Source: Paludibacteraceae bacterium (GTDB lineage Bacteria; Bacteroidota; Bacteroidia; Bacteroidales; Paludibacteraceae). Taken from it: a DNA stretch of 64,000 nucleotides. A program made the translations under genes and the position numbers. Location of the stretch: contig DAIMYQ010000004.1 of NCBI GenBank assembly GCA_036734385.1, positions 24,375 through 88,374 of the forward strand. The letters are read 5' to 3'. The notes beneath the pieces are model-generated. The model worked only from the letters and a program-made list of their open reading frames with translations, searched no databases and was not told where the DNA came from. How positions within the stretch are numbered: position 1 is the stretch's first letter; each line of letters opens with the position of its first letter. Positions 1 through 9,534 of this stretch are shown piece by piece.

Positions 1-2029
1 ACAAATCGAATGCCCACAAGGCTTGTGAAGTTGCTAAAGGTTCTGTAAGTCCGGCACGGAGCATTTCTGTCATTAAGAATGCCGTTTCGTAAGGAATGGC
101 TTGTTTTTGGCTTTGTTTGTATTTATAAATTGTTTTGCCTTCGTTGTTTTCAATACGTGTTACCATTACGGGGTCGTGTGTCATACCATCATTGATGACT
201 GTACAATAAGCATTTACCAATTCCATCAGGGAAACATCCGAAGAACCCAGACAGACAGACGGAATATGATTCAAAGGAGTTTTAATTCCCATGGCATGTG
301 CCGTTTTGATGATGTTCTCAATGCCTACTTCTTGGGCGATTCGAACGGCAATACTGTTGATAGAACGAGCAAAGCCGTATTTGAGAGAAAAATATTCTCC
401 TGTATAATTTCCATCTACATTATGAGGAATCCAGCATTTTGGTTCGCCTTTTTCCACGTAATTCCAAGCAATGTATTCGTCGCGACGCTTATCGCAAGGA
501 CTTAAGCCTTTGTTGAATGCTGTAGTGTAGACAAAAAGTTTGAAAGTGGAACCCGGTTGACGTTGAGAGGTAACTTTGTCATATTTCCAAAAACCGAAAT
601 TGACATCGCCTACCCAAGCTTTTATAAATCCGGTATTTGGTTCCATAGCAATAAAACCGGCGTGCATGAATTTTTCCATGTAGCGGATAGAATCCAATGT
701 GCTTAGCATGGTATCACGTTGCCCGTTTTTGTATTCAAACACTCTCATTTTGTGCTTTCTGTTGAGAATAGCCCAAATGGAATCAGGGGTGTCAGCATAT
801 TGTTTTTCTAAACTTTTATATTGACTGGTCTTTTTAGCTAAATCTTCGATGAAATTCGGAATTATTTGTTGATTTTCATCACGCCAAGGTTCCTGACCTC
901 TCCAATGATTATCAAAATTTCGTTGTACGATACGCATTTGTTTATCCACGGCTTCTTCGGCGTATTTTTGCATACGCGTATCAATCGTGGTATATATTTT
1001 TAAACCGTCAGAGTATAGGTCAATGTCGTTTTCTTTTGCCCATGACTTTAGTGAGGCAGCTACAGCTTCTCTAAAGTACAAAGCATTTCCATCATAACTT
1101 TGTTCCACTTTATAGTCAAGTTTGATCGGAATTTTTCTTAGTGAATCACATTCTGCTTGAGTAATCAAGTTGTGAGAAACCAAATTTTCCAATACCACAT
1201 TACGACGTTTTGTGCTATTCTTTGGATTGATACGAGGATTGTAGGTTGTTGTGGCTTTTAGCATTCCTACCAAAGTTGCAGCCTGTTCCACCGTTAAGTC
1301 TTTAGGCTCATTATTAAAGTAAGTTTTACACGCCGTTTTAATACCAAAAGCATTACTGCCGAAATCAACGGTATTAAAATACATTGTCAGAATTTCTTTT
1401 TTGGAGTAGAAAAGTTCAATCTTAAACGCGGTAATCCATTCCTTTGTTTTCATGATGATCAATTTCACACCGGGAATGTAACCCAAAAGACCTTTGGAAT
1501 ATTGTGAACGTGTCTTGAACATGTTTTTCACCAACTGTTGTGAGATAGTGCTGGCTCCACGAGGATTCCCTTTGGTCATATCCTTCATTGCCGCAAAAAC
1601 GCCCTGAAAATCAATCCCCATATGCTGATAAAAACGCTCATCTTCAGTTGCTATCAAGGTTTTTATTATGATTGGAGCAATTTCGTCGTATTTTACGGGG
1701 GTTCTGTTTTCGCGGAAGTATTTTCCTATGAGTTTGCCATCGGCACTATAAATTTCGGAAGCTGTACTTTGTTGTGGTTCGCTGATGCTCAACATACTGG
1801 GAGACTTTCCAAATAGCCACAAGAAATTGATATCTACACAAAACAAGAAGAGAAAGAATAAGATAATGAGACTCAAGATTATTCGGAAAATTTTACCGTA
1901 CCAATGGGCTGCTTTATACCCGGCTTTTTGCTTTTTACACCACTTTTTGAGTTGTTCATATTTCTTTAAAAGCCACGATATTACCTTTTCTTTGAGGATA
2001 TGTACGCGTTGATTTTTTTCTAGTAGCAT
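1..2029 (-). CDS. mrcA: Class A penicillin-binding protein (PBP1A-type transglycosylase/transpeptidase); C-terminus cut by the window edge
   Basis: Absent from the ORF track because it runs off the left edge. Hand translation of the minus strand from the ATG at 2029-2027 gives MLLEKNQRVHILKEK... It has a TM anchor (IILSLIILFFLFLFCV), GT51 motifs (IATEDERFYQHMGIDF, RGASTISQQLVKN) and transpeptidase SxxK/SxN motifs (QPGSTFKLF, ARSINS). There is no stop down to base 1. Confidence 0.9.
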   Translation of the reverse strand, partial: MLLEKNQRVHILKEKVISWLLKKYEQLKKWCKKQKAGYKAAHWYGKIFRIILSLIILFFLFLFCVDINFLWLFGKSPSMLSISEPQQSTASEIYSADGKLIGKYFRENRTPVKYDEIAPIIIKTLIATEDERFYQHMGIDFQGVFAAMKDMTKGNPRGASTISQQLVKNMFKTRSQYSKGLLGYIPGVKLIIMKTKEWITAFKIELFYSKKEILTMYFNTVDFGSNAFGIKTACKTYFNNEPKDLTVEQAATLVGMLKATTTYNPRINPKNSTKRRNVVLENLVSHNLITQAECDSLRKIPIKLDYKVEQSYDGNALYFREAVAASLKSWAKENDIDLYSDGLKIYTTIDTRMQKYAEEAVDKQMRIVQRNFDNHWRGQEPWRDENQQIIPNFIEDLAKKTSQYKSLEKQYADTPDSIWAILNRKHKMRVFEYKNGQRDTMLSTLDSIRYMEKFMHAGFIAMEPNTGFIKAWVGDVNFGFWKYDKVTSQRQPGSTFKLFVYTTAFNKGLSPCDKRRDEYIAWNYVEKGEPKCWIPHNVDGNYTGEYFSLKYGFARSINSIAVRIAQEVGIENIIKTAHAMGIKTPLNHIPSVCLGSSDVSLMELVNAYCTVINDGMTHDPVMVTRIENNEGKTIYKYKQSQKQAIPYETAFLMTEMLRAGLTEPLATSQALWAFDL

Positions 2030-2060
2030 TGAAATTCAGATTAGATTTTAATTGTCTTTG

Positions 2061-2068
2061 CAAAAGTA
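2061..2068 (-). promoter_or_regulatory. Candidate Bacteroidota sigma-A -7 box (TACTTTTG) for the PBP1A gene
   Basis: Plus strand CAAAAGTA is minus-strand TACTTTTG, matching TAnnTTTG. It lies ~32 nt upstream of the ATG at 2029. Confidence 0.55.
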
Positions 2069-2169
2069 CTTAAAAACGCTATTTATTGCGAGAAAAAAAA
2101 TGAAAATAATAACGATTAATGTTAAAAACTTGAATTTCAATTGTGTCTTTATCTCATTCTCTTTTTTTG

Positions 2170-2177
2170 TATCTTTG
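2170..2177 (+). promoter_or_regulatory. Candidate -7 box (TATCTTTG) for the Dabb-family gene
   Basis: Exact TAnnTTTG match 37 nt upstream of the ATG at 2215. Confidence 0.55.
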
Positions 2178-2214
2178 CATTGTGGTATAAATAATTAACT
2201 AAAAACAATAAAAT

Positions 2215-2514
2215 ATGATTCGTCACATTGTGCTTTTTAAGTTTAAATCATTTGAGAGTGAAGCTCTTAAATCAGCAAAAATGCAAGAAATAAAATTAGG
2301 GTTAGAGGCATTACCGGCTATTATTCCCGAAGTAAAATTGCTAACGGTAGGGTTAAATGTTAATACAGCAGAGCAGTTTGACTTAAGTTTACTAACTGAA
2401 TTTTCTTCTATGGAAGATTTACATACTTATGCTGTACATCCTGACCACTTAGCAGTAGGTAAAATTATTCGCGAAGTGTTGGAAGCACGTTCTTGTGTTG
2501 ATTCGATATTTTGA
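2215..2514 (+). CDS. Dabb (stress-responsive alpha/beta-barrel) family protein
   Basis: 99-aa ORF starting MIRHIVLFKFK with ...HPDHLAV..., typical of Dabb dimeric alpha-beta barrel proteins. It is convergent with the cluster's last gene. Confidence 0.7.
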   Translation: MIRHIVLFKFKSFESEALKSAKMQEIKLGLEALPAIIPEVKLLTVGLNVNTAEQFDLSLLTEFSSMEDLHTYAVHPDHLAVGKIIREVLEARSCVDSIF

Positions 2515-2529
2515 TAGAGAAAGGAAAAA

Positions 2530-3681
2530 CTAGAGCAATAGATTCTTCCTGTATTTTTTTTCGTTGATAACGGGATTAGCATAAATACCTAAGTATATTT
2601 GCTGAAGTTCGTTTATGTTGCCATCAAGTAGTGCAAGTTCTTTATGCATAGTAGAAACAAACGAATTCAGGTCTTCTTTTGAGTAGTTAATATTCAAATA
2701 ATCCTGGGTCGAGTTGAGCACATCATATCCCATATAGTTGGTGTCGAAAAGTTTATAGTTTGATTGAATACGCTCGTCAATCATTTTCAATATGGAAGTG
2801 TAAATATCTGTTTTGGGTAGCTTTGCGAGTGGGAGTAAATCTGATTTTTCGATTGGTTTGGTAACGCTCAAGTGTACTTTCCCCTTAAATTGCGTAATGC
2901 CCAACAAAATACTTTGTAAATCTTCGCCCGGGGCTTTTACATATTTCTTATGTTTTGAAATGGATATCTCTTTTACTTTTTGTATGATACAAGGTTCATA
3001 TTGATATGAAATGGATAATGGCGTGATAGCAAGTTCGGCAAAATTTTCCACTAAGTCGGTAGTTCCACTCATTGAAAACATTTTCAGAATTCCTTGATCT
3101 GTCATATCATTGCCGTCTTTTGTTCTTCCATTACGCTGGGCAATCCAGATAGATTCATCTTTCCGTGTAATTGTAAATCGTATGTAATCAGACAAATGGG
3201 AAGAATTCTTATAAAAATCGCGAGAAGCTCCTCCTCGTTCCACTCGAAACATTTTATTTGATTTACCGATATCCACGACAAATTCCGGATTCATCAGATT
3301 GCTGCCAAAGGTAATTTCGGATGTTTTGTATCCATAGTTATTGAGCAACATTTCATGAATGGCAGCATCGAGCAAAATATCTCTGTGGTTAGAAATGAAT
3401 AAATATCTTTTTGATTTGTCTAGTTGGGAAATTCCGTTACACGTTAATCCGGATGTTGTTTTATCAATAATTTTTTGAATGGCAAAATGCATTATCTGCG
3501 TTTGGAATTCGTAAGCAGAATGAATTTTTCGAAACATTTCTTTTACTGTTTCCAAATCTACACCAGGGTAAATAAAGTCGGCTATGTGCTTAATCAGGGG
3601 GTTGTCTGCAATACGGCACATGGCAGCATTTATTTCTCTGTCATAATAGGGGCGGATATCATCAAAACTTGTTTCGTCCAT
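2530..3681 (-). CDS. PlsC/LPLAT-superfamily acyltransferase (383 aa)
   Basis: Contains the FISNHRDILLDAAI acyltransferase block I-like motif and RNGRTKDG (block III-like). It is the last gene on the cluster strand. Confidence 0.7.
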   Translation of the reverse strand: MDETSFDDIRPYYDREINAAMCRIADNPLIKHIADFIYPGVDLETVKEMFRKIHSAYEFQTQIMHFAIQKIIDKTTSGLTCNGISQLDKSKRYLFISNHRDILLDAAIHEMLLNNYGYKTSEITFGSNLMNPEFVVDIGKSNKMFRVERGGASRDFYKNSSHLSDYIRFTITRKDESIWIAQRNGRTKDGNDMTDQGILKMFSMSGTTDLVENFAELAITPLSISYQYEPCIIQKVKEISISKHKKYVKAPGEDLQSILLGITQFKGKVHLSVTKPIEKSDLLPLAKLPKTDIYTSILKMIDERIQSNYKLFDTNYMGYDVLNSTQDYLNINYSKEDLNSFVSTMHKELALLDGNINELQQIYLGIYANPVINEKKYRKNLLL

Positions 3682-3734
3682 TTATTTGTTAGTTGTTTTT
3701 ATAACGAATGTCTTCATTTGTGCGAAAGTACGCA

Positions 3735-4748
3735 TTATTTTGCTTTAACCCATTGTCTTAAGTCCGTAAATAGCTTTTCCTCCATTTCGGCAATGGAATA
3801 AGCAATATCTGCTAAAAAATTCATATTTTTCCCCTGGTTATTTTTGTAATACCTACGAGTTTCAAGTGCAAATTCCTGCCATTTATCAGCGATATTTCTC
3901 ATATAAACGGACAAAGCAAGAAGATCCTCATCCTTTAGATATTCGGCAGATTCTTTTAAAAAACCGGCATACATATATCTATAACCGGATCCTCCTGTCC
4001 CTGCTTCTTCGGATAATTGCAATTGCCATTTAAGGTTATCTAAAGCCCTTCTTTTCCCATATTTTTTTTCATAAATGCGTACTCTTTTAGAGAAGAAATA
4101 GATTCCCTTTACTCCAAAAAATGGAATAGGAATGTCAAGCATTTTATGGCACGTCTCTTTGATTCCTTGAATAATACCTTTCTCTATGTCCATTTTTTCG
4201 GGTACGGATCTTATGTACATCATTTTACCTTTCGGTGAAAAAGCGACTTTGGGGTAGCGGGCTTTTTTAAGGTCGTCTGCTTTGATTTTATGAAGAGAGG
4301 CGTCCGGGAAATGCCAATCGACATCACTTACTATATATTCATCCTCTTCCTTACCGATTATAACAAGAGTATGAGCTGGGAAGCTCCGATCATGTAAAGG
4401 GAAAAACGGTAATAGTTGGATTTCTGCCACAATTCCTGCCGGAATATTTTGATTTAAAAGAGTATCTAATGCTTCCATTGATTTGTCGGGGTTTGCAAAT
4501 TTGCGGATTTCGTAATCGATATGCATCCTTTTTGCAAATTGTTTGAAAACTTTTCCCGGCGTATTTCTGAACAAAGGTGTTTCACATCCATTAAACAGGG
4601 GAAAGGGGAAATGAATGAAATCATAACCGCTGCCTATGCCGAATATCATGAACTCACTCGTTTCATAATGGTAAAATTCCAGCATGTTTTTTATACTTCC
4701 TGTTTCACAGTGAATTCCAAGTTTGTGAGGATAATTTTCTATAATCAT
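3735..4748 (-). CDS. BtrH N-terminal domain-like protein (papain-fold putative acyl-carrier-dependent transferase) with a C-terminal helical domain
   Basis: 337 aa. The N-terminus has GIHCETGSIKNML with a conserved Cys, as in BtrH_N-type domains. It is in operon context with the ABC-2 exporter and the ligase. Confidence 0.55.
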   Translation of the reverse strand: MIIENYPHKLGIHCETGSIKNMLEFYHYETSEFMIFGIGSGYDFIHFPFPLFNGCETPLFRNTPGKVFKQFAKRMHIDYEIRKFANPDKSMEALDTLLNQNIPAGIVAEIQLLPFFPLHDRSFPAHTLVIIGKEEDEYIVSDVDWHFPDASLHKIKADDLKKARYPKVAFSPKGKMMYIRSVPEKMDIEKGIIQGIKETCHKMLDIPIPFFGVKGIYFFSKRVRIYEKKYGKRRALDNLKWQLQLSEEAGTGGSGYRYMYAGFLKESAEYLKDEDLLALSVYMRNIADKWQEFALETRRYYKNNQGKNMNFLADIAYSIAEMEEKLFTDLRQWVKAK

Positions 4749-4930
4749 TTATTTCAGTTGTTTTGTTTTCTATGATGCAAATTCTTTTTTCTTCCATGAA
4801 ATTTTTCTGTACTTCTCTATTTTTCCATTGAATGAGGCTCATTAGAGAGAAATCCAATTATTTGTTATAGTTTGAAGTTGTGGTAAATATGCTACAATGT
4901 GAGCATTTTAATACTATCACTTTATTTTTG

Positions 4931-6208
4931 TCAGCGGTACTTCAAATTTTTATAAAAAATAGCAATGCTGAAACAGATTATTCCGAATGATAATAAATAG
5001 AAACATTCGGGAAGAACATCTATAACAGATGATTTTCTGAGAATGACACTGTAAGAGGCATCTAATGCCCAGTTGAGTGGAGAAATATTGCTTAATATCT
5101 TCAGAAAGTTTGGCATAGCAAAAGTGGGCACCCAAATACCTCCAATGGCAGCTAAAATAACAACAGAGACTGCTCCAAAAACAGAGGCTTGTTGTTGTGA
5201 GGTAGCAATGGCACTGATGGCTGTACCAAAACCAATGGCAGCAAATGCTGCAAAAATAATTACGAAAAGCAATCCATAGAAACTCCCTTGTATTACAAAT
5301 GGGTCTAAGTTAATAAGAGGAAAGAACCACATTCCCATTCCCAAAATAACCAAAAATTGAAGTATGCACACAAAAAGATACAGAAGGACTTTGCTTAAAA
5401 GATAATGAGCAAAAGTGCAGGGCATTGTCATTATTCGATTGAAACTGCCATCTTCTCTTTCTTTGATGATATTGCCGGAAAGAGAGATGACGATGAAAAA
5501 AATAGCAAACAACGTCCATGCCGGTACATTATGTTGTACTGCATTGGGACATAAGTTTTTCGTATTATTTTTACCTACATTGTATTCTTCAATTGTAAGT
5601 CCCTGACAATCTGTTAAGTTTAAATTTTGAATTCTGTTTCCTGAAAATTTTTCGAGTGTTCTGGAAATAATAGCCAAAGAGTATTTGTTTTGTATTTTCA
5701 TACAAAACTCGTTGATGTTACTTTTCAATGTGGCTTGAACAGATGGTTTTACCGTTGGGTCGATAAAGACTTTAATAAAAATACTGTCACTTACAGAAGA
5801 ATCGTTATTTTTTCCGGTAAAAGAATCTCTTAGTTCGTTCGTAAAATTATCAGTAAATTTTTTCGTGGTATTTTGGGGAATATAAATACCAACCAGATAT
5901 TTGCCTTTTGCCACCAAATCTTTTATTTTTTGTTCTGTCATCTCCTTCCCAATATTTTTTGCCAAATGAGTAGAAAAAACGTCCGATTCTTTCAATTCTT
6001 TTTCCATTGTGTTACCGATGCTATCGCAATCTTCATTTAATACTAAAAGAGAAATATCGGTGTTTTTGTCGGCACTCATTACACCGTCTTGCATTGAAGT
6101 CATAATCAGGACAAGAGCCATTGGCATAACGAAGAGTAATATTAATCCGGCTTTGTCGCGAATTAAGAGTAAAAAATCTTTGTATAATAGGGTTAAAAGG
6201 ACTCTCAT
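4931..6208 (-). CDS. ABC-2 type transporter permease
   Basis: 425 aa with an N-terminal TM, a large extracytoplasmic loop and a C-terminal cluster of about 5 TM helices. It sits 1 nt from the upstream ATPase gene. Confidence 0.75.
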   Translation of the reverse strand: MRVLLTLLYKDFLLLIRDKAGLILLFVMPMALVLIMTSMQDGVMSADKNTDISLLVLNEDCDSIGNTMEKELKESDVFSTHLAKNIGKEMTEQKIKDLVAKGKYLVGIYIPQNTTKKFTDNFTNELRDSFTGKNNDSSVSDSIFIKVFIDPTVKPSVQATLKSNINEFCMKIQNKYSLAIISRTLEKFSGNRIQNLNLTDCQGLTIEEYNVGKNNTKNLCPNAVQHNVPAWTLFAIFFIVISLSGNIIKEREDGSFNRIMTMPCTFAHYLLSKVLLYLFVCILQFLVILGMGMWFFPLINLDPFVIQGSFYGLLFVIIFAAFAAIGFGTAISAIATSQQQASVFGAVSVVILAAIGGIWVPTFAMPNFLKILSNISPLNWALDASYSVILRKSSVIDVLPECFYLLSFGIICFSIAIFYKNLKYR

Positions 6209-6209
6209 T

Positions 6210-6956
6210 TTAATCTCGTAATTTTTTACCGGTTAATTTCAGATATACTAGTTCTAAATTGTCACAGTCAGCTGTTTTGCCTATTAATTCGTCAGGAGTT
6301 CCTTCTGCAATTATTTTACCCTCGTCAATGATTCCTACTTTGGTACAAAATTGTTGTGCTTCTTCCATATTATGAGAAGTGTACAAAATCGTTGTTCCGT
6401 AACTGTTAAGCAGTTGTAAATTCTCGATAATTACATTTTTGGATTGAACATCGATTCCTACCGTCGGTTCATCCAAAAGCAATAGATTCGGTTCGTGTAA
6501 TATGCCTACAATCAGATTGATACGTCTTTTCATTCCTCCCGAATAATAATCTACTTTTTTGTTTTTATGGTCTTCTAAACCAAAAAGGTTCAATAGGTAA
6601 GCTATTCTTTTGTTGAGTATTCTATTTTCTATACCGTATATTCCACCAAATATTTTCAGATTTTCTGTTGCGGTAAGCGTTGGAAAAAGAGCAATGTCTT
6701 GTGGTACGATGCCAATGTGTTTGTTTAATTCTTTGCGGTGGTCGGTGAGATTTTTCCCCATGATGGAAATGTTTCCTTGGTCGTAAGAAATTAGCCCTGA
6801 TAATATTTTAACAGTAGTACTTTTCCCGGCACCATTAGGTCCTAAAAAACCATATATTTCTCCGGAATTTACAGAAAAACTGAGTCCGTTCAGGACAGGG
6901 TGTCCTGCGTGTTTGTAGCGTTTCGTTAAGTTTTCAATGCAAAGAAGTGGTGCCAT
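6210..6956 (-). CDS. ABC transporter ATP-binding protein
   Basis: Walker A GPNGAGKST, signature YSGGMKRR, Walker B LLLLDEPT. Confidence 0.92.
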   Translation of the reverse strand: MAPLLCIENLTKRYKHAGHPVLNGLSFSVNSGEIYGFLGPNGAGKSTTVKILSGLISYDQGNISIMGKNLTDHRKELNKHIGIVPQDIALFPTLTATENLKIFGGIYGIENRILNKRIAYLLNLFGLEDHKNKKVDYYSGGMKRRINLIVGILHEPNLLLLDEPTVGIDVQSKNVIIENLQLLNSYGTTILYTSHNMEEAQQFCTKVGIIDEGKIIAEGTPDELIGKTADCDNLELVYLKLTGKKLRD

Positions 6957-6967
6957 AAATTTGCTCT

Positions 6968-8263
6968 TTATTTTCTCTTATCAATGAATTTAGTTGGCTT
7001 GCGGTTAATTTCGGGGAGTTGAATTTTTCTGATTATATCAATACTTTCAAACTTGATACTCGGAGCGACACGTATTTTTGCACGGAATCGATTTTTTAAG
7101 TCTTTCACTATCTCTTCATTTGGGTTTTGGCATCCGACAATGACGAGTACATCATCCATTCCTATATCATTGATGGAAACCTCTACCAAATAATTTTCTA
7201 CGTAATCGACATTGTCAAGTACATCGAAAATGGCAGCAGGGTAAAGAGTTGTTCCTTTGTATTTAATCATCTGATTTTTACGTCCGACGATCGGGCTAAT
7301 TCTCATTGTTGTTCTTCCGCAGCTGCAAGGTTCGTAGTGAAAACGGCACATATCGCCTGTTTTAAAACGAATTAAAGGCATGCCTTCTACGCCTAAGGTC
7401 GTGATGGTTAATTCTCCGCATTCTCCCTCCGAAACCGGATTGTCGAGGTCATCTACCAATTCGCAAATGATTAACTCCGGGTGATGGTGTCCTCCTTGAC
7501 CTGCTTTGCATTCGCAGAAAGAAGTGCTCATTTCTGTTGAGGCATAGGTAGAGTAAAGATCAATATTCCATTTTTCTTTAATTTTTTTCCCCAATAGGTT
7601 AAGAGAAAAATCTTCCTCGCGAAGGTTCTCTCCGATGCACACTGCTTTTTTGATACTTGATTTTTTATAGTCAATATTATGCTCTTCCGCGTATTTGATA
7701 ATTCGTAAGATAAATGAAGGTACACAAATGATCGTGTCAGGCGAAATACGATTAATTGTATCCCATTGTAATTCGGGAATACCGTTTCCAACGCGAATGA
7801 CGCTTGCGTGCATCATTCTTATTCCCAAGAAATAGGCGAAACCTGCCATAAAACGTTTGTCGAGGGTTGTCATCAACTGAAAAATATCTCCCTGTTTTCC
7901 GTCGGCACAGGTAAAGGAAATGGCTTCATTATACGCCAATCTGTCCAAGTCTTTATCTGTCAGGGCAAATGTAGTGGGAGTACTCAATGTACCGGAAGTA
8001 GTAATGTAGTCTACAATTTTTGATTTCTCAACGCAAATAAAATCTTGATTATTCAGTTGCAAATCTTCTTTTCTTGTAAAAGGAATGTAGCGTAAATCTT
8101 CTAGCGTTTTAATTTTTTTTACATTAATCTTCTCTTTTTGGAATATGGATTGGTAATATTTTGATTTTTCGTTCGCATATTCAAGTGCTTGTCTTAACTT
8201 TTCTTCTTGAAATTTTTTAATAATTTCCAAGGGTTGTTTTTCAATTTCAGGTACAAAATTCAT
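6968..8263 (-). CDS. Phenylacetate-CoA ligase (PaaK)/F390-synthetase-like adenylate-forming enzyme
   Basis: 431 aa with ITTSGTLSTPTTF (adenylation P-loop-like motif) and YASTEMS (YGxTE-like). Size and architecture are typical of the PaaK family. Confidence 0.75.
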   Translation of the reverse strand: MNFVPEIEKQPLEIIKKFQEEKLRQALEYANEKSKYYQSIFQKEKINVKKIKTLEDLRYIPFTRKEDLQLNNQDFICVEKSKIVDYITTSGTLSTPTTFALTDKDLDRLAYNEAISFTCADGKQGDIFQLMTTLDKRFMAGFAYFLGIRMMHASVIRVGNGIPELQWDTINRISPDTIICVPSFILRIIKYAEEHNIDYKKSSIKKAVCIGENLREEDFSLNLLGKKIKEKWNIDLYSTYASTEMSTSFCECKAGQGGHHHPELIICELVDDLDNPVSEGECGELTITTLGVEGMPLIRFKTGDMCRFHYEPCSCGRTTMRISPIVGRKNQMIKYKGTTLYPAAIFDVLDNVDYVENYLVEVSINDIGMDDVLVIVGCQNPNEEIVKDLKNRFRAKIRVAPSIKFESIDIIRKIQLPEINRKPTKFIDKRK

Positions 8264-8270
8264 AGCTATT

Positions 8271-9128
8271 TTATTTGGTAAAATTCTTATTCAACCATTC
8301 TTTAAATGTTATTTTCCAATTGGCGGCTTCCCCTCCACGTTTTTCACTTAAACCGTAGCCGTGTCCACCTGTTTCGTATAGTAAAAAATGGTGTTTAATA
8401 TTTTTATTTGTCAATGCTTTATCTAATTCCACACTGTTTTGGTATTTTACCACCGGGTCATTTTTAGCGGTTACTAAAAATACGGGTGGCATATCATTGG
8501 GTATTTGTAACTCCATAGAGAATGTATCCATCATTGCTTTGGTGTAATTTTTCCCTAGCAAATTTTTTCGTGAGCGTATATGTGCTAAACTGTCTTGCAT
8601 AGATACAACGGGATATATAGGTACAATAAAGTCGGGACGTAAACTTATGTCGGTATTGATGCCTACTTTTTTCAAATAACTTGTTTGATGAAATACTCCT
8701 GCCATAATAACTAGGTGTCCACCGGCAGAAAATCCCATTACTCCCAGCTTGTTTACGTTAATGCCATAGGAATGTGCATTTTCTCGTACAAATTGAATAG
8801 TTCGTTGCAAATCCTCGATCATCGCGGGATGGTGATAGCCTCGCATGCCAACGCGATAGCGTAAAACAAAGGCAGTGATCCCTTGACTGGTTAGCCATTT
8901 GGCAACATCGTAGCCTTCGTGTTGTAGCCCTAAATGATGATAACTTCCTCCCGGACAAATAATTACACTTATGCCGTTGCGTAGTGAGTCGGGAGTTTCG
9001 TACACGTACAATCTTGTTTTTTCTTTTTCCATTCCCTTTATGCCTTCCCAAAGGTAAATGGGTTTGCTTGCAAAGGCAATATTAGTGGTTGTCACTATTG
9101 CTATTACAAATAGAATAATTTTTTTCAT
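8271..9128 (-). CDS. Secreted alpha/beta-hydrolase (esterase/lipase-like)
   Basis: Signal peptide MKKIILFVIAIVTTTNIAFA, oxyanion-like CPGGSYHH, nucleophile elbow GFSAGGH, and a C-terminal GGHGY. Confidence 0.75.
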   Translation of the reverse strand: MKKIILFVIAIVTTTNIAFASKPIYLWEGIKGMEKEKTRLYVYETPDSLRNGISVIICPGGSYHHLGLQHEGYDVAKWLTSQGITAFVLRYRVGMRGYHHPAMIEDLQRTIQFVRENAHSYGINVNKLGVMGFSAGGHLVIMAGVFHQTSYLKKVGINTDISLRPDFIVPIYPVVSMQDSLAHIRSRKNLLGKNYTKAMMDTFSMELQIPNDMPPVFLVTAKNDPVVKYQNSVELDKALTNKNIKHHFLLYETGGHGYGLSEKRGGEAANWKITFKEWLNKNFTK

Positions 9129-9130
9129 TT

Positions 9131-9508
9131 TTATTGCTGAGAAATATAACGTTTCATTTCTTCACTTGTCAATTGTTTGTAGTGCGGATTAACAAATTCT
9201 CCATTTTCCAAATCAAAGTTAACTTGAAAAAATTCTTCGTCGTAGAAGGAAAGTTTCGAATTTGTATTTGGGTTGCATTCAATGTAGATGATGTCATGTT
9301 TATTAAATCCTTTTTTTTCACAAATTTGTTTGGCAAGTAATCCCCCTGCATATGTTACTGATGAACCCGGGTTTTCTTGGTATAGCTCGGTTACTATAAT
9401 TATTTTTTTGTCTTTCGTTTCTATTACTTTCAATCCACATTTTGAAGGCAAATTCCATTGACCTTCAAAATTGAATATTTCGTCGTAATATTTTTCTGGC
9501 ACTTTCAT
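9131..9508 (-). CDS. Hypothetical protein (125 aa); no recognisable motif
   Basis: Intact ORF 2 nt upstream of the hydrolase gene and 26 nt downstream of the radical SAM gene on the same strand. It is called coding from operon packing only. Confidence 0.5.
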   Translation of the reverse strand: MKVPEKYYDEIFNFEGQWNLPSKCGLKVIETKDKKIIIVTELYQENPGSSVTYAGGLLAKQICEKKGFNKHDIIYIECNPNTNSKLSFYDEEFFQVNFDLENGEFVNPHYKQLTSEEMKRYISQQ

Positions 9509-9534
9509 AATACAAGTTAAGTTAAATAGTTTTT

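Noticed and set aside
101-2012. Plus-strand ORFs 101-505, 1622-1816 and 1785-2012
   Set aside because: They are antisense to a continuous, motif-rich PBP1A reading frame. They are low-complexity and lack any recognisable motif.
4749-4930. The 182-nt gap inside the cluster as an internal promoter or terminator
   Set aside because: There is no TAnnTTTG match on the minus strand. Only a weak 5-bp hairpin (ATGCT/AGCAT, about 4888-4910) without a T-run is present. The evidence is not enough to call a feature.
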